A stretch of 34,660 bases of DNA, taken from the sequence record DRR723986_9235; one strand, given 5' to 3'. Position numbers and translations under genes: made by a program. How positions within the stretch are numbered: position 1 is the first letter of the stretch; every line of letters starts with the position of its first letter. This document shows positions 25,986-34,660 of the stretch, one piece after another. Below the pieces are notes generated by a model. That model was given only the letters and a program-made list of their open reading frames with translations, was not told the DNA's origin and ran no database searches.

Positions 25986-27017
25986 ATGAATCCAATTCCC
26001 GCGCGGTCGCTAGTCCTTTTGATACTGGGCACTTTTGTCGTAGTCTCTGGAAATGTAGTTCTGAGCAACGACTCAACCGCTAGTGTTAACGAGAAGACTG
26101 AGAAATGGACGAGAGACTGCTCAACTCTTGTAATGCAAGAATGCCTCTACTTTTTACGTCGAGGAGATCCAAAATCGTTAAAAAGCAGTCTTGAGATGCA
26201 ATCCAGCCTTCGCGTGCTGCTCTATCTTGAACTTGGTCAAAAAGCATATCGCGTCCAGCAGCGACTGCCGAAAGAAATAGCGTCGCTGGTTGGCTTTCAG
26301 GCAAACTCAGGAAGATTTGGCGACACGGTGCAAGTTCATTCGTTGGCAACATTGGCTTTGGCCCGTGCACACCAAAGACTAAACGTAGAGGAGCGTAATT
26401 CGGCACTTTGTGAAACAAGTTTCGACAGAACAATTCTTTCGTCAGCGTTGAATAAAGCTGTGGACTTTTTGCTTGAGACCCAAAGTAAACAAAACTCTGG
26501 ATGGAGTTTTTGGCATTCCGATCGTAAAGGTAACACGCTTGCTTCAGCGCAAGCGTTACTGAGTCTTCTCGCGGCTCGAGATGCTGACATTCCAGTGCCC
26601 GATCAATCAATTGCGTCCGCAACAGAATTCTTGCTTTTGAGCATTGCTAAAGAGGGCTTCGTGCCCGAAGGAGGCTTTGGATTCACAAAAAACGCACCGG
26701 AAAGATCTGCAGTAATCCTAAACGCATTAGCGCGAGCCGGAGCGCAGGGATCGGAGGAGTATAAGACCATGCGAGAAAAACTTTATCTCAACATTGGCCT
26801 TGTGCGAATACGGTCTTCAGAAGCCTGCGCGAGCCTGTCCGAATTCCTCTACACGACCGATCGTTCGCGTTGGGATAAATGGAATTTGAAATTGACTGAG
26901 AATCTTCTGCAACTTCAGGAGTCTAGCGGAGGGTTCAACTCAGCTCCTACACGCCTGCTTGGAACGGGCTACTTGGGTCTAGCACTTGCCCCAAATCTGA
27001 GAGGATCAAGCCTGTAA
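25986..27017 (+). CDS. Secreted alpha-helical repeat protein (prenyltransferase/squalene-cyclase repeat-like)
   Basis: Signal peptide; AVDFLLETQSKQNSGW, LLQLQESSGGF repeats. Confidence 0.7.
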   Translation: MNPIPARSLVLLILGTFVVVSGNVVLSNDSTASVNEKTEKWTRDCSTLVMQECLYFLRRGDPKSLKSSLEMQSSLRVLLYLELGQKAYRVQQRLPKEIASLVGFQANSGRFGDTVQVHSLATLALARAHQRLNVEERNSALCETSFDRTILSSALNKAVDFLLETQSKQNSGWSFWHSDRKGNTLASAQALLSLLAARDADIPVPDQSIASATEFLLLSIAKEGFVPEGGFGFTKNAPERSAVILNALARAGAQGSEEYKTMREKLYLNIGLVRIRSSEACASLSEFLYTTDRSRWDKWNLKLTENLLQLQESSGGFNSAPTRLLGTGYLGLALAPNLRGSSL

Positions 27018-27408
27018 TGCTATACCAAGACACTACCGACCAACTTATGCCATTAAGCGCGTCAGCAGTCTACGGTGCGCCGTATGAGTACCGGGTTTCC
27101 AACTCTTCTCGCACCAATCCAAATAGAGTTGAGAAAGCGTATGCAACGTCAATAACATGCAACTCCGTGCTCTCGACTAGCCATGATTTCATGGCACTTT
27201 GGTTGCGAAGTCCCTTTTTTGCCGGAAGCTGATCTGCTCTCCGTCTATAGAATAGTTCCGGTCTTGTTGCTTGCAGAAAGGTATGGTTCTGCTGGGCGTA
27301 CCATAGGAAAGCCTCTTTTTCGTGCATCACACGAGGTATTCTTCCGGGTCAAGGATTGGAAAGGCAAGAACACGTATACTGGGTGGTAGAAAATTTGAAT
27401 CTACAATC

Positions 27409-28413
27409 TCAACTCTTGGTGGATCCTGAGGCGCGCGCAGCTTGGACTCGAAGATACTCCGTGTTCTTCGCGATGTGTGAATAGACTCGACTGACCATAG
27501 CAATGTCTTTATGTCCCATTAGGTGAGCCAGTGAGACAGGATCAATTCCGTGCATCGTTAGCGCTTTCGTCGCAAACGTATGCCTTGCTCCGTAGGCAAT
27601 TACCCGGAATCCAACTTTCTCGCTAAGCCTAGTCGTTGCACACTTGATGGCGTTCGATGTCCAAGGTCTACCGCGAGCGTTTCGGAACACTGGGCCAGTT
27701 GGATAAAGTTCGGACAGTCGGTTTACGATTTGCATAGCAGACACCGGCAAGTAGATTACTCTCGGGTCGGACTCGCCCTTCGATTCTTCGGCTGGGAAAA
27801 TTGCCAAGTCAGCGTGCAGATGGCGTTTCTCAAGCAGGCGCGCCTCGATTGGGCGGCAACCGGTCAAAAAGAGAAATGTGAAGAGATCTTTGACAGGCCC
27901 CTGCGATGCCTCAAGGATCGCAGCCACTTGTTCATCCGTATAAACAACATCGCGTCTACGACGCCGTGGTTTTGATACCTTCGGGATTGGCGTTTGATTG
28001 ATATACCCCTGTTCTACGGCCCAGTTCAGGCTGCGTTGAACGATGGAAATCGCGTCATTGGCAGCATTTGAGGTCCAGCCAGGGTTTGAATCAATCCACT
28101 TGGTGAGATGGTGCTGCTTCAGCATCCCAATCTTCAAGCGTTTTCCGGTGCTTTCGATGAAACTTCGTAGATAAAGCAAGTGTTTTTTGTAGGTGACTGG
28201 CTTCCTGTTTTTTTCGCACCAATCCAGATAGGCCTGAGAGAGTTCGTAAAGAGTCGCGAAGTCAGAGCAGACCGACTCACGTTTTGCCATCAGATCGTGG
28301 AATTTCAAGAACGCACTTGCTCGTTCTTTCCCCAATGGAATCTGCTTGCCCTGGATAGAGCAGTACCAGCTCTTAGTTTGCGACCTGTAGAAAGGTTTCG
28401 ATTGGCGTGGCAT
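27409..28413 (-). CDS. Tyrosine recombinase/integrase
   Basis: N-terminal arm-binding-like domain; TGCRPIEA, YGARHTFAT, LMGH, VYSH; adjacent to tRNA 3' end. Confidence 0.95.
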   Translation of the reverse strand: MPRQSKPFYRSQTKSWYCSIQGKQIPLGKERASAFLKFHDLMAKRESVCSDFATLYELSQAYLDWCEKNRKPVTYKKHLLYLRSFIESTGKRLKIGMLKQHHLTKWIDSNPGWTSNAANDAISIVQRSLNWAVEQGYINQTPIPKVSKPRRRRRDVVYTDEQVAAILEASQGPVKDLFTFLFLTGCRPIEARLLEKRHLHADLAIFPAEESKGESDPRVIYLPVSAMQIVNRLSELYPTGPVFRNARGRPWTSNAIKCATTRLSEKVGFRVIAYGARHTFATKALTMHGIDPVSLAHLMGHKDIAMVSRVYSHIAKNTEYLRVQAARASGSTKS

Positions 28414-28498
28414 AGACGGCCCCCGAATTCGTGCATTGAAACGTGCATACCCGTTTCAACAATTGGGAGAAAGTGCCAGAAAGGCAAGAAGAAAAGAG

Positions 28499-28571
28499 TG
28501 GAGGTAGACGGACTTGAACCGACGACCTACGCGCTGCCAGCGCGTCGCTCTCCCAACTGAGCTATACCCCC
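28499..28571 (-). tRNA. tRNA-Ala(GGC)
   Basis: GGGGGTATAGCTCAGTTGGGAGAGCGACGCGCT-GGC-AGCGCGTAGGTCGTCGGTTCAAGTCCGTCTACCTCCA; G3:U70 pair; CCA not encoded. Confidence 0.97.
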
Positions 28572-28676
28572 GAGTATTATGCCTTGCGACAGAAATCGTG
28601 AAGGCTTCGCAAGATTATTCCCGACTCGCCAGCGGTGTCAAGCTCTGGTTTGAAATTGAGCGTCTCAAAACCTGGG

Positions 28677-29003
28677 CTAACTGAATCTGCCAAGTGGAGC
28701 GGAGATAACTCTTGCGTTTTGCGGGTCAAGCCGAACTCCTTCGGCAATCAACAACCTCGCTTGACGGGTTGGGTCCGCTGTTACCAGATGACCGCTACTA
28801 CGGACGACTCTCCACCACGGAATGTCCGTCGGCGTCGTCCCCAGAAAACGACCAACGGCGCGGCTATTTTTTGGATAACCAGCCCGCTCCGCAATGTCTC
28901 CGTAACTAACGACTTCACCTACCTCGAGCGACGCGACCGCCAACAAGAAACTCTGATCGCGAGTCAAAGACGGATTATCTTTACTTAACGGCGGTTTGCT
29001 CAT
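28677..29003 (-). CDS. Alkyltransferase-like (ATL, MGMT family) protein
   Basis: GEVVSYGDIA, SRAVG, PWWRVV (Trp in place of the catalytic Cys), QARLLIAEGV. Confidence 0.88.
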   Translation of the reverse strand: MSKPPLSKDNPSLTRDQSFLLAVASLEVGEVVSYGDIAERAGYPKNSRAVGRFLGTTPTDIPWWRVVRSSGHLVTADPTRQARLLIAEGVRLDPQNARVISAPLGRFS

Positions 29004-29526
29004 TCGTCAAACCTGAATACAGTCGCTGGATAACGGGCCGCTCGTACACACGTGGGTTGATATGCGGACGGGACTCAAGCAGCAGTGCCTGGGCCGATTC
29101 AGGCGTCTGGCCTTGGTACTTCACTAACCACCAAAGCGCGACCGTGGCGCTACGAGCCCGACCTGCTTTGCAGTGGACGTAGACCTTGCCACCCTCGCTG
29201 GCGTGTCGCTCGATAAAGTCTGCACCGGAGTCAACGTGTGCATCAGAAGGGTGGTTAAAGTCGACGGTTGGCAACCAAAGTTGTTCAATGCCCGCCGCCG
29301 AGTAATCCGCAGGCAGGCCGCGGAACTCTTCGCACATATTGACGACGCCAGTGACGCCGAGTTCACGAAGTGGAGTGACATCGCGGCGAAGGGGGCGAGC
29401 CCCAAGGACAATCGTGTCACCGACTTGATCCCACCAATTGCGGACACGCAGGACTCGCCCAAGCAGTAGGTTGTAGGCGAAAGTCGGAACGTAAATGCTT
29501 CTTGCAAGCCAACGCTGCACGATCAA
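28981..29526 (-). CDS. PTPMT1-like dual-specificity/phosphatidylglycerophosphate phosphatase
   Basis: VYVHCKAGRARSAT, GVVNMCEE, LPTVDF. Confidence 0.88.
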   Translation of the reverse strand: MIVQRWLARSIYVPTFAYNLLLGRVLRVRNWWDQVGDTIVLGARPLRRDVTPLRELGVTGVVNMCEEFRGLPADYSAAGIEQLWLPTVDFNHPSDAHVDSGADFIERHASEGGKVYVHCKAGRARSATVALWWLVKYQGQTPESAQALLLESRPHINPRVYERPVIQRLYSGLTNEQTAVK

Positions 29527-29562
29527 GTCCTTGAATCGAATAGTCGCAGGGCAACTTACTAA

Positions 29563-30156
29563 TCAGGCAGTTCCCGCAGGATTGAAATACTCGGGTTCAG
29601 AGCCCTCTTTCCATTTGATGTTGCAACCAACGCTTGGCTTCTGCTGTTCTGGCAGTGCCCCGCCAGCGAGCAAGGCATCAATCGCGGCACGCAGATCTTC
29701 ACCGTTTGGAGTTTGCCCTTGCTTTGGGCGGGTCGAATCGAGCTGCCCGCGATAAGCCAACTTGAATTCTGAATCAAAAAGATAGAAGTCAGGCGTGCAA
29801 GCAGCCTTATACGCAGCCGCAACGCCTTGATCTGCATCAACCAGGTATGGGAAGGTATACCCTTGCGCAGCGGCTTCTTCTTTCATCTTGTCAGGAGCGT
29901 CGTCAGGATAAGCTTCAATGTCGTTGCTACTGATTCCAACAATAGCAAGATCTTTGGGAAGATAGTCTGACGCGAGCCGAGCCAGCTCCGGTGCAACGTA
30001 CTTGACGTACGGGCAGTGGTTGCACATGAAGATGACCAGCAGCCCCTTCTTCCCTTTGAAATCTTCCAAACAAACAGTCTTCCCGTCGTAGTCTGGTAGA
30101 GAGAATGCAGGTGCAGTCGTCCCGAGAGGCAACATTGTTGAAGCAGTGCGAACCAT
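29563..30156 (-). CDS. Thioredoxin-fold (AhpC/TSA-like) protein
   Basis: FMCNHCPYV, AACTPDF, YRGQLD, PSVGCNIKW. Confidence 0.92.
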   Translation of the reverse strand: MVRTASTMLPLGTTAPAFSLPDYDGKTVCLEDFKGKKGLLVIFMCNHCPYVKYVAPELARLASDYLPKDLAIVGISSNDIEAYPDDAPDKMKEEAAAQGYTFPYLVDADQGVAAAYKAACTPDFYLFDSEFKLAYRGQLDSTRPKQGQTPNGEDLRAAIDALLAGGALPEQQKPSVGCNIKWKEGSEPEYFNPAGTA

Positions 30157-30227
30157 AACTTCCTCGCTCGTGAAAAATCTTGAGTCAAAAATTTTCAGCG
30201 GCCAACCAGACTCGCCATCCGCCGGGA

Positions 30228-30509
30228 CTACTCGGTTCGGCTGGTGATTTCGAGCAGGTGGTAGCCAAACTGTGTCTTAACTGGTCCATGAACTTTATTG
30301 AGTTCACCAGAGAAGACAACTTCGTCAAACTCTTTAACCATTTGCCCGGGGCCGAAGCTGCCCAGATCTCCGCCCGCTTGGCCGGATGGACAGCTAGAAT
30401 TTGCCTTCGCCACGTCAGCGAAGTCGGCTCCGCCTTCGATGTCTTGCTTCAGGCTGAGGCATTTTTCTTCGGAATCGACCAAGATATGACGTGCAGTGGC
30501 TGATGCCAT
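30228..30509 (-). CDS. ppiC: Parvulin peptidyl-prolyl isomerase
   Basis: ARHILV, SSCPSG, GGDLGSF, MVKEFD, KTQFGYHL; GGAG RBS before ATG 30509. Confidence 0.93.
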   Translation of the reverse strand: MASATARHILVDSEEKCLSLKQDIEGGADFADVAKANSSCPSGQAGGDLGSFGPGQMVKEFDEVVFSGELNKVHGPVKTQFGYHLLEITSRTE

Positions 30510-30698
30510 GTTCTTTCTCCGCGTGTTCTCTAATTGGTGTTGTCCTAAACTGTAGTTCAAGACCAAGGTGCCGCTCTGACGGGAAACCTGCCCGTGGCGG
30601 CCCTAAACAGACCATAAGAGTAACGCAATGAACCCAGTATGGTAGGCCACTGAACCGCATTCACAGCCCATCTGGCTGTCAGCGATCATCGAGAATAA

Positions 30699-31727
30699 TC
30701 AACGGTCTTTCTTGCGGTACAACTCGGACATCTCAAGCATCAATATTTCTAGTTGCTGCCAATAGTCGCTGGCATCCATCGTGGCTTTCGCCTTCCGCAA
30801 TTCTGATATCTGACCTTCGATACGTTCTCGCTCCCGAAGTTCCTCTTCAGAAAGCACAATCGCACCAGGCAGGGAAGTGAGTTTGATGCGAGAGGCATTT
30901 TCGCCATCCACGGAGCCCTCCTTGGGGCGTTTCACGATTTGGATGCCCGTGTAGAACTCGGCCGATGTGCCGAGCGAGTCTCCGTTGTCGTCAAGCAGCG
31001 CGTGTTCTGTTGCTAGCCGTGATTGCTCAGCGTAGAAGTTATCCGTTTTCCGACTAGCGGCAAGAAACGCTTCCAGCAATGACACCTCATCATCGTGATC
31101 CAAATCAGCAGCAGGCGAATCGAGGGTAGCGGATAAGTACTGCGAGAATCGCGAGAAGTTGATTTCGCCACCATTTCGAGTCGCCGTCACGACGACTCTG
31201 CCGGACCGGCTGAGCTGAGGCAAAAACGGTCCGCTGGCCGACGAGCAATTGATGACAACCGTGCTTGAAGCCACCTTTGCCAGACTACTGGAAAGTTCCT
31301 TCGCTGAAATATCTGGTCCCGTCAAATTGAACTTAGTCGCTCCACTACCACTGGTTCCGTGACCGACCAGCACTAGCCACAAGCGGTGCGGGCTTTCATG
31401 CCCTGCAGCTTGGAGCGCCGCAAGCAGTTGCTCTTTGTCGGTTGTTGATTCTTTCGACGCGACATCAGGATTCTCGGCATCCAGTGGGTCTGCTCTGTCG
31501 CCTTCGGCCTGCTCCCCTAAACCGAAGGCGACGACATTCCAGTCCCTTCGCTGCCCAAGTGCTAACCAAGCTTGGGCAGATTTACGAAACGCTGCATCGT
31601 ATTCCTCTGTACCACCTGCTCCTTTGACAACAATCAACGTGTCCGCTTTGGCACAGCGCGGCGATGCAATCAAGCTGACCACGCAGAGCGATACGAAAAA
31701 CAAACAGCGTAAACTGAAGCATTTCAT
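30699..31727 (-). CDS. Secreted protein, caspase/C13-like fold possible
   Basis: Signal peptide; LVLVGHG, VINCSSASG, ADLDHDDEVSLLEAF. Confidence 0.75.
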   Translation of the reverse strand: MKCFSLRCLFFVSLCVVSLIASPRCAKADTLIVVKGAGGTEEYDAAFRKSAQAWLALGQRRDWNVVAFGLGEQAEGDRADPLDAENPDVASKESTTDKEQLLAALQAAGHESPHRLWLVLVGHGTSGSGATKFNLTGPDISAKELSSSLAKVASSTVVINCSSASGPFLPQLSRSGRVVVTATRNGGEINFSRFSQYLSATLDSPAADLDHDDEVSLLEAFLAASRKTDNFYAEQSRLATEHALLDDNGDSLGTSAEFYTGIQIVKRPKEGSVDGENASRIKLTSLPGAIVLSEEELRERERIEGQISELRKAKATMDASDYWQQLEILMLEMSELYRKKDR

Positions 31728-31730
31728 CGT

Positions 31731-34082
31731 TTAAGGCATTCCTCTCCAGCGACGCATGCCCCATTCGGTACACAGCATTGCAACGGTAAGAATAAGCAGC
31801 CACGGACTCTGCCAAACGGACTCCCACTTCGTAACCGTGATGGGCACCTTGCGATCAGGCAGGGACTTTGCAAACGCTTCCAACTCACTAGCTTTCACCA
31901 ACTCACCGCCGGTTGCTGAGGCGATTCGCTCAAGCATCGCACGGTTCTCGTTGACAGTCGTGAACTCCTCAGCGGTCGGTTGTGCCGCCCAGCCGACGAT
32001 TCGCGGCTCGAGCGTTTCACCTTGGCTGTCCGTCGCCTCCACCTCGCAGCGATAACCACCGTCGTCGCGCGAGTAAAATTCAGCAACGTAGTAACCTGGC
32101 GCACTCGGATCGGCATTGGCCGCGATGCGAACTTGTTTGCCGTCTGGAGGAGTGATAACAATTCGCACTCGAGCGTTTTCGTCCGCTTCATGCTCCGCCG
32201 TCAACACGCGGATGCGGACAACATGCGGCGCGGATGCATTTTCGGGCGCTGCAACCTCCGCCTCAAGCCTGCTGGGCGCGTCATTGGTCAACCAGCGAAC
32301 GGTCTGACGCCAGAATTGCCCCAAGTCATCCTCCCGCGTATCTTTTCGTTCGATGCCCCAACGCCAATAGTCACCCACCGTCAGTGCGAGTGTCCTACCT
32401 CGGCCAAAGTTCTGCCCACTCAGTCCGGGTGATTCTGCATCACCAAGCAACGCCGCGTATGATGTCGCCCCCGGCTTTAATCTTCCAGTCTTATTCCAGA
32501 TCTCAAAGCTCGGCATCGCACCAAATCGCTGCGATTCCAGGGCTTTATTTGCGCGCAGGCGAAGCCAAGTTTGCAGTTCTCCGTCACGCGTCGGTGTCAG
32601 TCGAGCAGCGCCTTCGCCAGCGGTCTCAGCACCACGCGTTTCATTCAAATAAACAGGCAGCAACTCCGAAATGGGCGTCTTTGCGTAGCCGCCATCGTCG
32701 AAAGAATCGACGCCCCCAAGCATCATAAAACCGCCGCCGCGTCGAGATACAAATTCGCGAATCTGTAGTTGTTGTTCAGTCTTGAAAAAACTAGCTTCGA
32801 TGTCATCTAGAATGATCGCGTGGTAGCGGAACAAATCCTCTTCTGCGGTTGGGAACCCACTCTCAAGCAGATCGCTTGACGGACCAAGCGTGGTGAACAC
32901 GGGTTCGTCGTACTGTTCAGCAGTCTCCTGATCGTCGGAGAATCCGGCGATGAGTGGATTGACATCACCGACGTCAGTGTCGCGAAAACTAAACTTTGGT
33001 TCCTCTCGGGCAACGCGAACCAGGGAATTGAACTCCAGCTCAACGTCCTCCTCAAGCGCTCGACGCAGGTACTTGAGTTCCCAGTTGGGGCGTCCTGAAA
33101 CGTACAGCACTCGAAATGGCCCGCGGGTTCGATTGATCGCGACCAGGCGAGAGTTGTTCTTTGTCGTCACTTCACTCCCGGCGGTGACTTGGTTTGCCGA
33201 CGGCATTTCATCCGTAAGCCCCACTACGACCGAGACAAATGTCAGTCCAGACTTTTCGGGACGAAAGCGAAAGCGGAACTTCTTTAGCCATTCTGCTGAA
33301 GTCACCGCTTCGGTCTGATCTTCAATCGTCTTGCCATCCTCGTCCAGCAGTCGAGCGGTAATCTGCTTCCCCTCAAAACCACTTGCCGTTACATCACATT
33401 GCAACGTCACTGGAGCAAGATCAAACGATGAAAGGGTCACCGTTGGGGAGCCGACTGCAATGTCCACCGCTGGCGATTCCTTGTCGTCGACAACAATATG
33501 AACCGGCATTCCGAGTTGCCGCGCCTCGTCCTCGAGAACAGGTGGTCGGCTGATGCCATCGGTCAACACAATCGCGCCGGCAACTGGTCGATTGCGGAAA
33601 CGTTCGGAGAGCGTAGACAGCGCATTGGGAAGATTCGACACTGTCCCATCGGGCATCACGGCGACAAAGTCTTCGGTGCTTCTCAATTGAGAGTCGAACG
33701 TATATCGGCGAACATCAAAATCCTGTGCCAACCTAGCCTGCCAAGGTGCGTCAGAAGGTAAGAGACTTTCCATACGTCCAAAACGCGACTGGTCTTCGCC
33801 AGACGGTTTGATCGTCATGCTAAGGCTTGAATCAACAACAACTGCCATCACGTTCGCTCCCGGCTGAGGAACCTCGCGACGACGCATGGGCTGCAGAAGA
33901 CAAAAGCATAGGCAAGCAGCCGCAATGATCCGAATGATCAACCCGCTCGCACTTGCTGCATTCCAACCACGACGGCGATACGAGACGATTCCGGTAATGA
34001 CAACGATGGCCAATAGAGCCAACGCCGGTATTGCCCATTCAGGAGCAGCGAAACGATATGAGTCTGGGAGCAGTTCCTGCAC
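31731..34082 (-). CDS. Membrane-anchored vWA plus glutamine-amidotransferase-like domain protein
   Basis: N-terminal TMs, VVDSSLSM, VLTDG, RVLYVSGRPNWE, GGGFMMLGG, C-terminal EWGMRRWRG. Confidence 0.85.
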   Translation of the reverse strand: MQELLPDSYRFAAPEWAIPALALLAIVVITGIVSYRRRGWNAASASGLIIRIIAAACLCFCLLQPMRRREVPQPGANVMAVVVDSSLSMTIKPSGEDQSRFGRMESLLPSDAPWQARLAQDFDVRRYTFDSQLRSTEDFVAVMPDGTVSNLPNALSTLSERFRNRPVAGAIVLTDGISRPPVLEDEARQLGMPVHIVVDDKESPAVDIAVGSPTVTLSSFDLAPVTLQCDVTASGFEGKQITARLLDEDGKTIEDQTEAVTSAEWLKKFRFRFRPEKSGLTFVSVVVGLTDEMPSANQVTAGSEVTTKNNSRLVAINRTRGPFRVLYVSGRPNWELKYLRRALEEDVELEFNSLVRVAREEPKFSFRDTDVGDVNPLIAGFSDDQETAEQYDEPVFTTLGPSSDLLESGFPTAEEDLFRYHAIILDDIEASFFKTEQQLQIREFVSRRGGGFMMLGGVDSFDDGGYAKTPISELLPVYLNETRGAETAGEGAARLTPTRDGELQTWLRLRANKALESQRFGAMPSFEIWNKTGRLKPGATSYAALLGDAESPGLSGQNFGRGRTLALTVGDYWRWGIERKDTREDDLGQFWRQTVRWLTNDAPSRLEAEVAAPENASAPHVVRIRVLTAEHEADENARVRIVITPPDGKQVRIAANADPSAPGYYVAEFYSRDDGGYRCEVEATDSQGETLEPRIVGWAAQPTAEEFTTVNENRAMLERIASATGGELVKASELEAFAKSLPDRKVPITVTKWESVWQSPWLLILTVAMLCTEWGMRRWRGMP

Positions 34083-34660
34083 TATTGGCCCCTTCCCAGG
34101 TTCTCATAGTATTCCTGCACGGCACCACTGAATTGCGCTGGGACCGGGTCCCGGTCAATCGGAACGATCGCAGTCTTGTCGGCAATTCGCCGCAGTAGTT
34201 CCTCACTAACGCTGCGTTGCAAGTTGCGTAGTGGTCTTGAGATCAGGTCCTCGACCTCGGACCATGTTGGTTCGGCCGAGTGCCGTTTGTAGTCACTCCG
34301 AATATCGCGAGCTGTGTTGCGAATCTCTGTTGCTTGCCAACGCATTTCCGGATCCCCGAGCAATTCTTCCACATCGCGAAGGCGGTCTGACCAATCGCGA
34401 AAACCGTCGCCAGTCAGCGGGTCAGTCGTTTCGTCCCACTGCTCGAAGCCTCCGCCAAGTCCGTCGGTTGAACCCGGCAATCCACCACCACTTCGCATTT
34501 GATCCCCCTGACGTAGCGTTGGCGGTTGCTGTGCCGTATTGGGGGCAGGCTGTTCTCGCTGGGCGCCTGCACCATTCGGCCGTAGACTCGGCGGTGCATC
34601 TGACTGTCTTTGTCCCTGTCCAGGTTGTCCCTGCTGCCCTGGTTGTTGCTGCCCTGGTTG
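34082..34660 (-). CDS. C-terminal part of a large Gln/Gly-rich protein (5' end outside the window)
   Basis: Frame open to the window edge (QPGQQQPGQQG...); ends DPVPAQFSGAVQEYYENL. Confidence 0.8.
   Translation of the reverse strand, partial: QPGQQQPGQQGQPGQGQRQSDAPPSLRPNGAGAQREQPAPNTAQQPPTLRQGDQMRSGGGLPGSTDGLGGGFEQWDETTDPLTGDGFRDWSDRLRDVEELLGDPEMRWQATEIRNTARDIRSDYKRHSAEPTWSEVEDLISRPLRNLQRSVSEELLRRIADKTAIVPIDRDPVPAQFSGAVQEYYENLGRGQ

Larger units (their letters stand above)
1693..28498. mobile_element. tRNA-Ala-associated integrated plasmid-like (integrative, mobilizable/conjugative) element; left end not defined
   Basis: int, xis-like, MOBF, T4CP, RepA plus iterons, ParA/RHH, TA; no att duplication seen in the window. 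Confidence 0.85.

Noticed and set aside
27017-27400. ORFs 27017..27232, 27070..27330, 27183..27389
   Set aside because: Mutually overlapping and short, with no recognisable features
27381-27402. GGTGGTAGAAAATTTGAATC as a degenerate att copy of the tRNA 3' end
   Set aside because: Needs a gap and several mismatches; likely chance
27409-28413. Integron integrase serving the attC array; YxxR as a sign of inactivation
   Set aside because: No IntI-type insertion is apparent, it is tRNA-adjacent and ~26 kb from the array; His-to-Tyr at this position occurs in other tyrosine recombinases and the remaining catalytic residues are present
34600-34660. CCCTGGTTGTTGCTG-type short repeats
   Set aside because: They encode a QPGQQ low-complexity protein linker

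Overview
Planctomycete-like chromosomal window (taxonomy inferred from gene content). Right part (28.5-34.7 kb) is ordinary host DNA: tRNA-Ala(GGC), an ATL/MGMT-family gene, a PTPMT1-like phosphatase, a thioredoxin-fold protein, ppiC and a three-gene cell-surface cluster. Next to the tRNA 3' end lies a >=27 kb integrated plasmid-like element. It carries a tyrosine integrase, a MOBF relaxase-helicase, an RPA-family Rep with six iterons, a short ParA plus RHH partition pair, two orphan methyltransferase-like genes, a FitAB/VapBC toxin-antitoxin pair, an ECF sigma factor with an atypical TPR kinase, and a protease homologue missing two catalytic residues. Its transfer operon has an anchor-less VirD4, a VWA lipoprotein and small membrane proteins but no recognisable VirB4. 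The left end (1-1.7 kb) is an integron-type cassette array with three attC-like hairpins and no intI, abutting the parA promoter. Non-coding structure read directly from the sequence: a ~35-unit 8-bp-periodic CCGY/RCGG array echoed at the parA promoter (candidate centromere/operator), five copies of an 18-bp palindrome, four hairpin-rich leaders (two clearly homologous), and a GRAATT-N13-GGTACT motif upstream of both the transfer operon and the kinase. All family assignments come from motif recognition by eye; no database searches were run.
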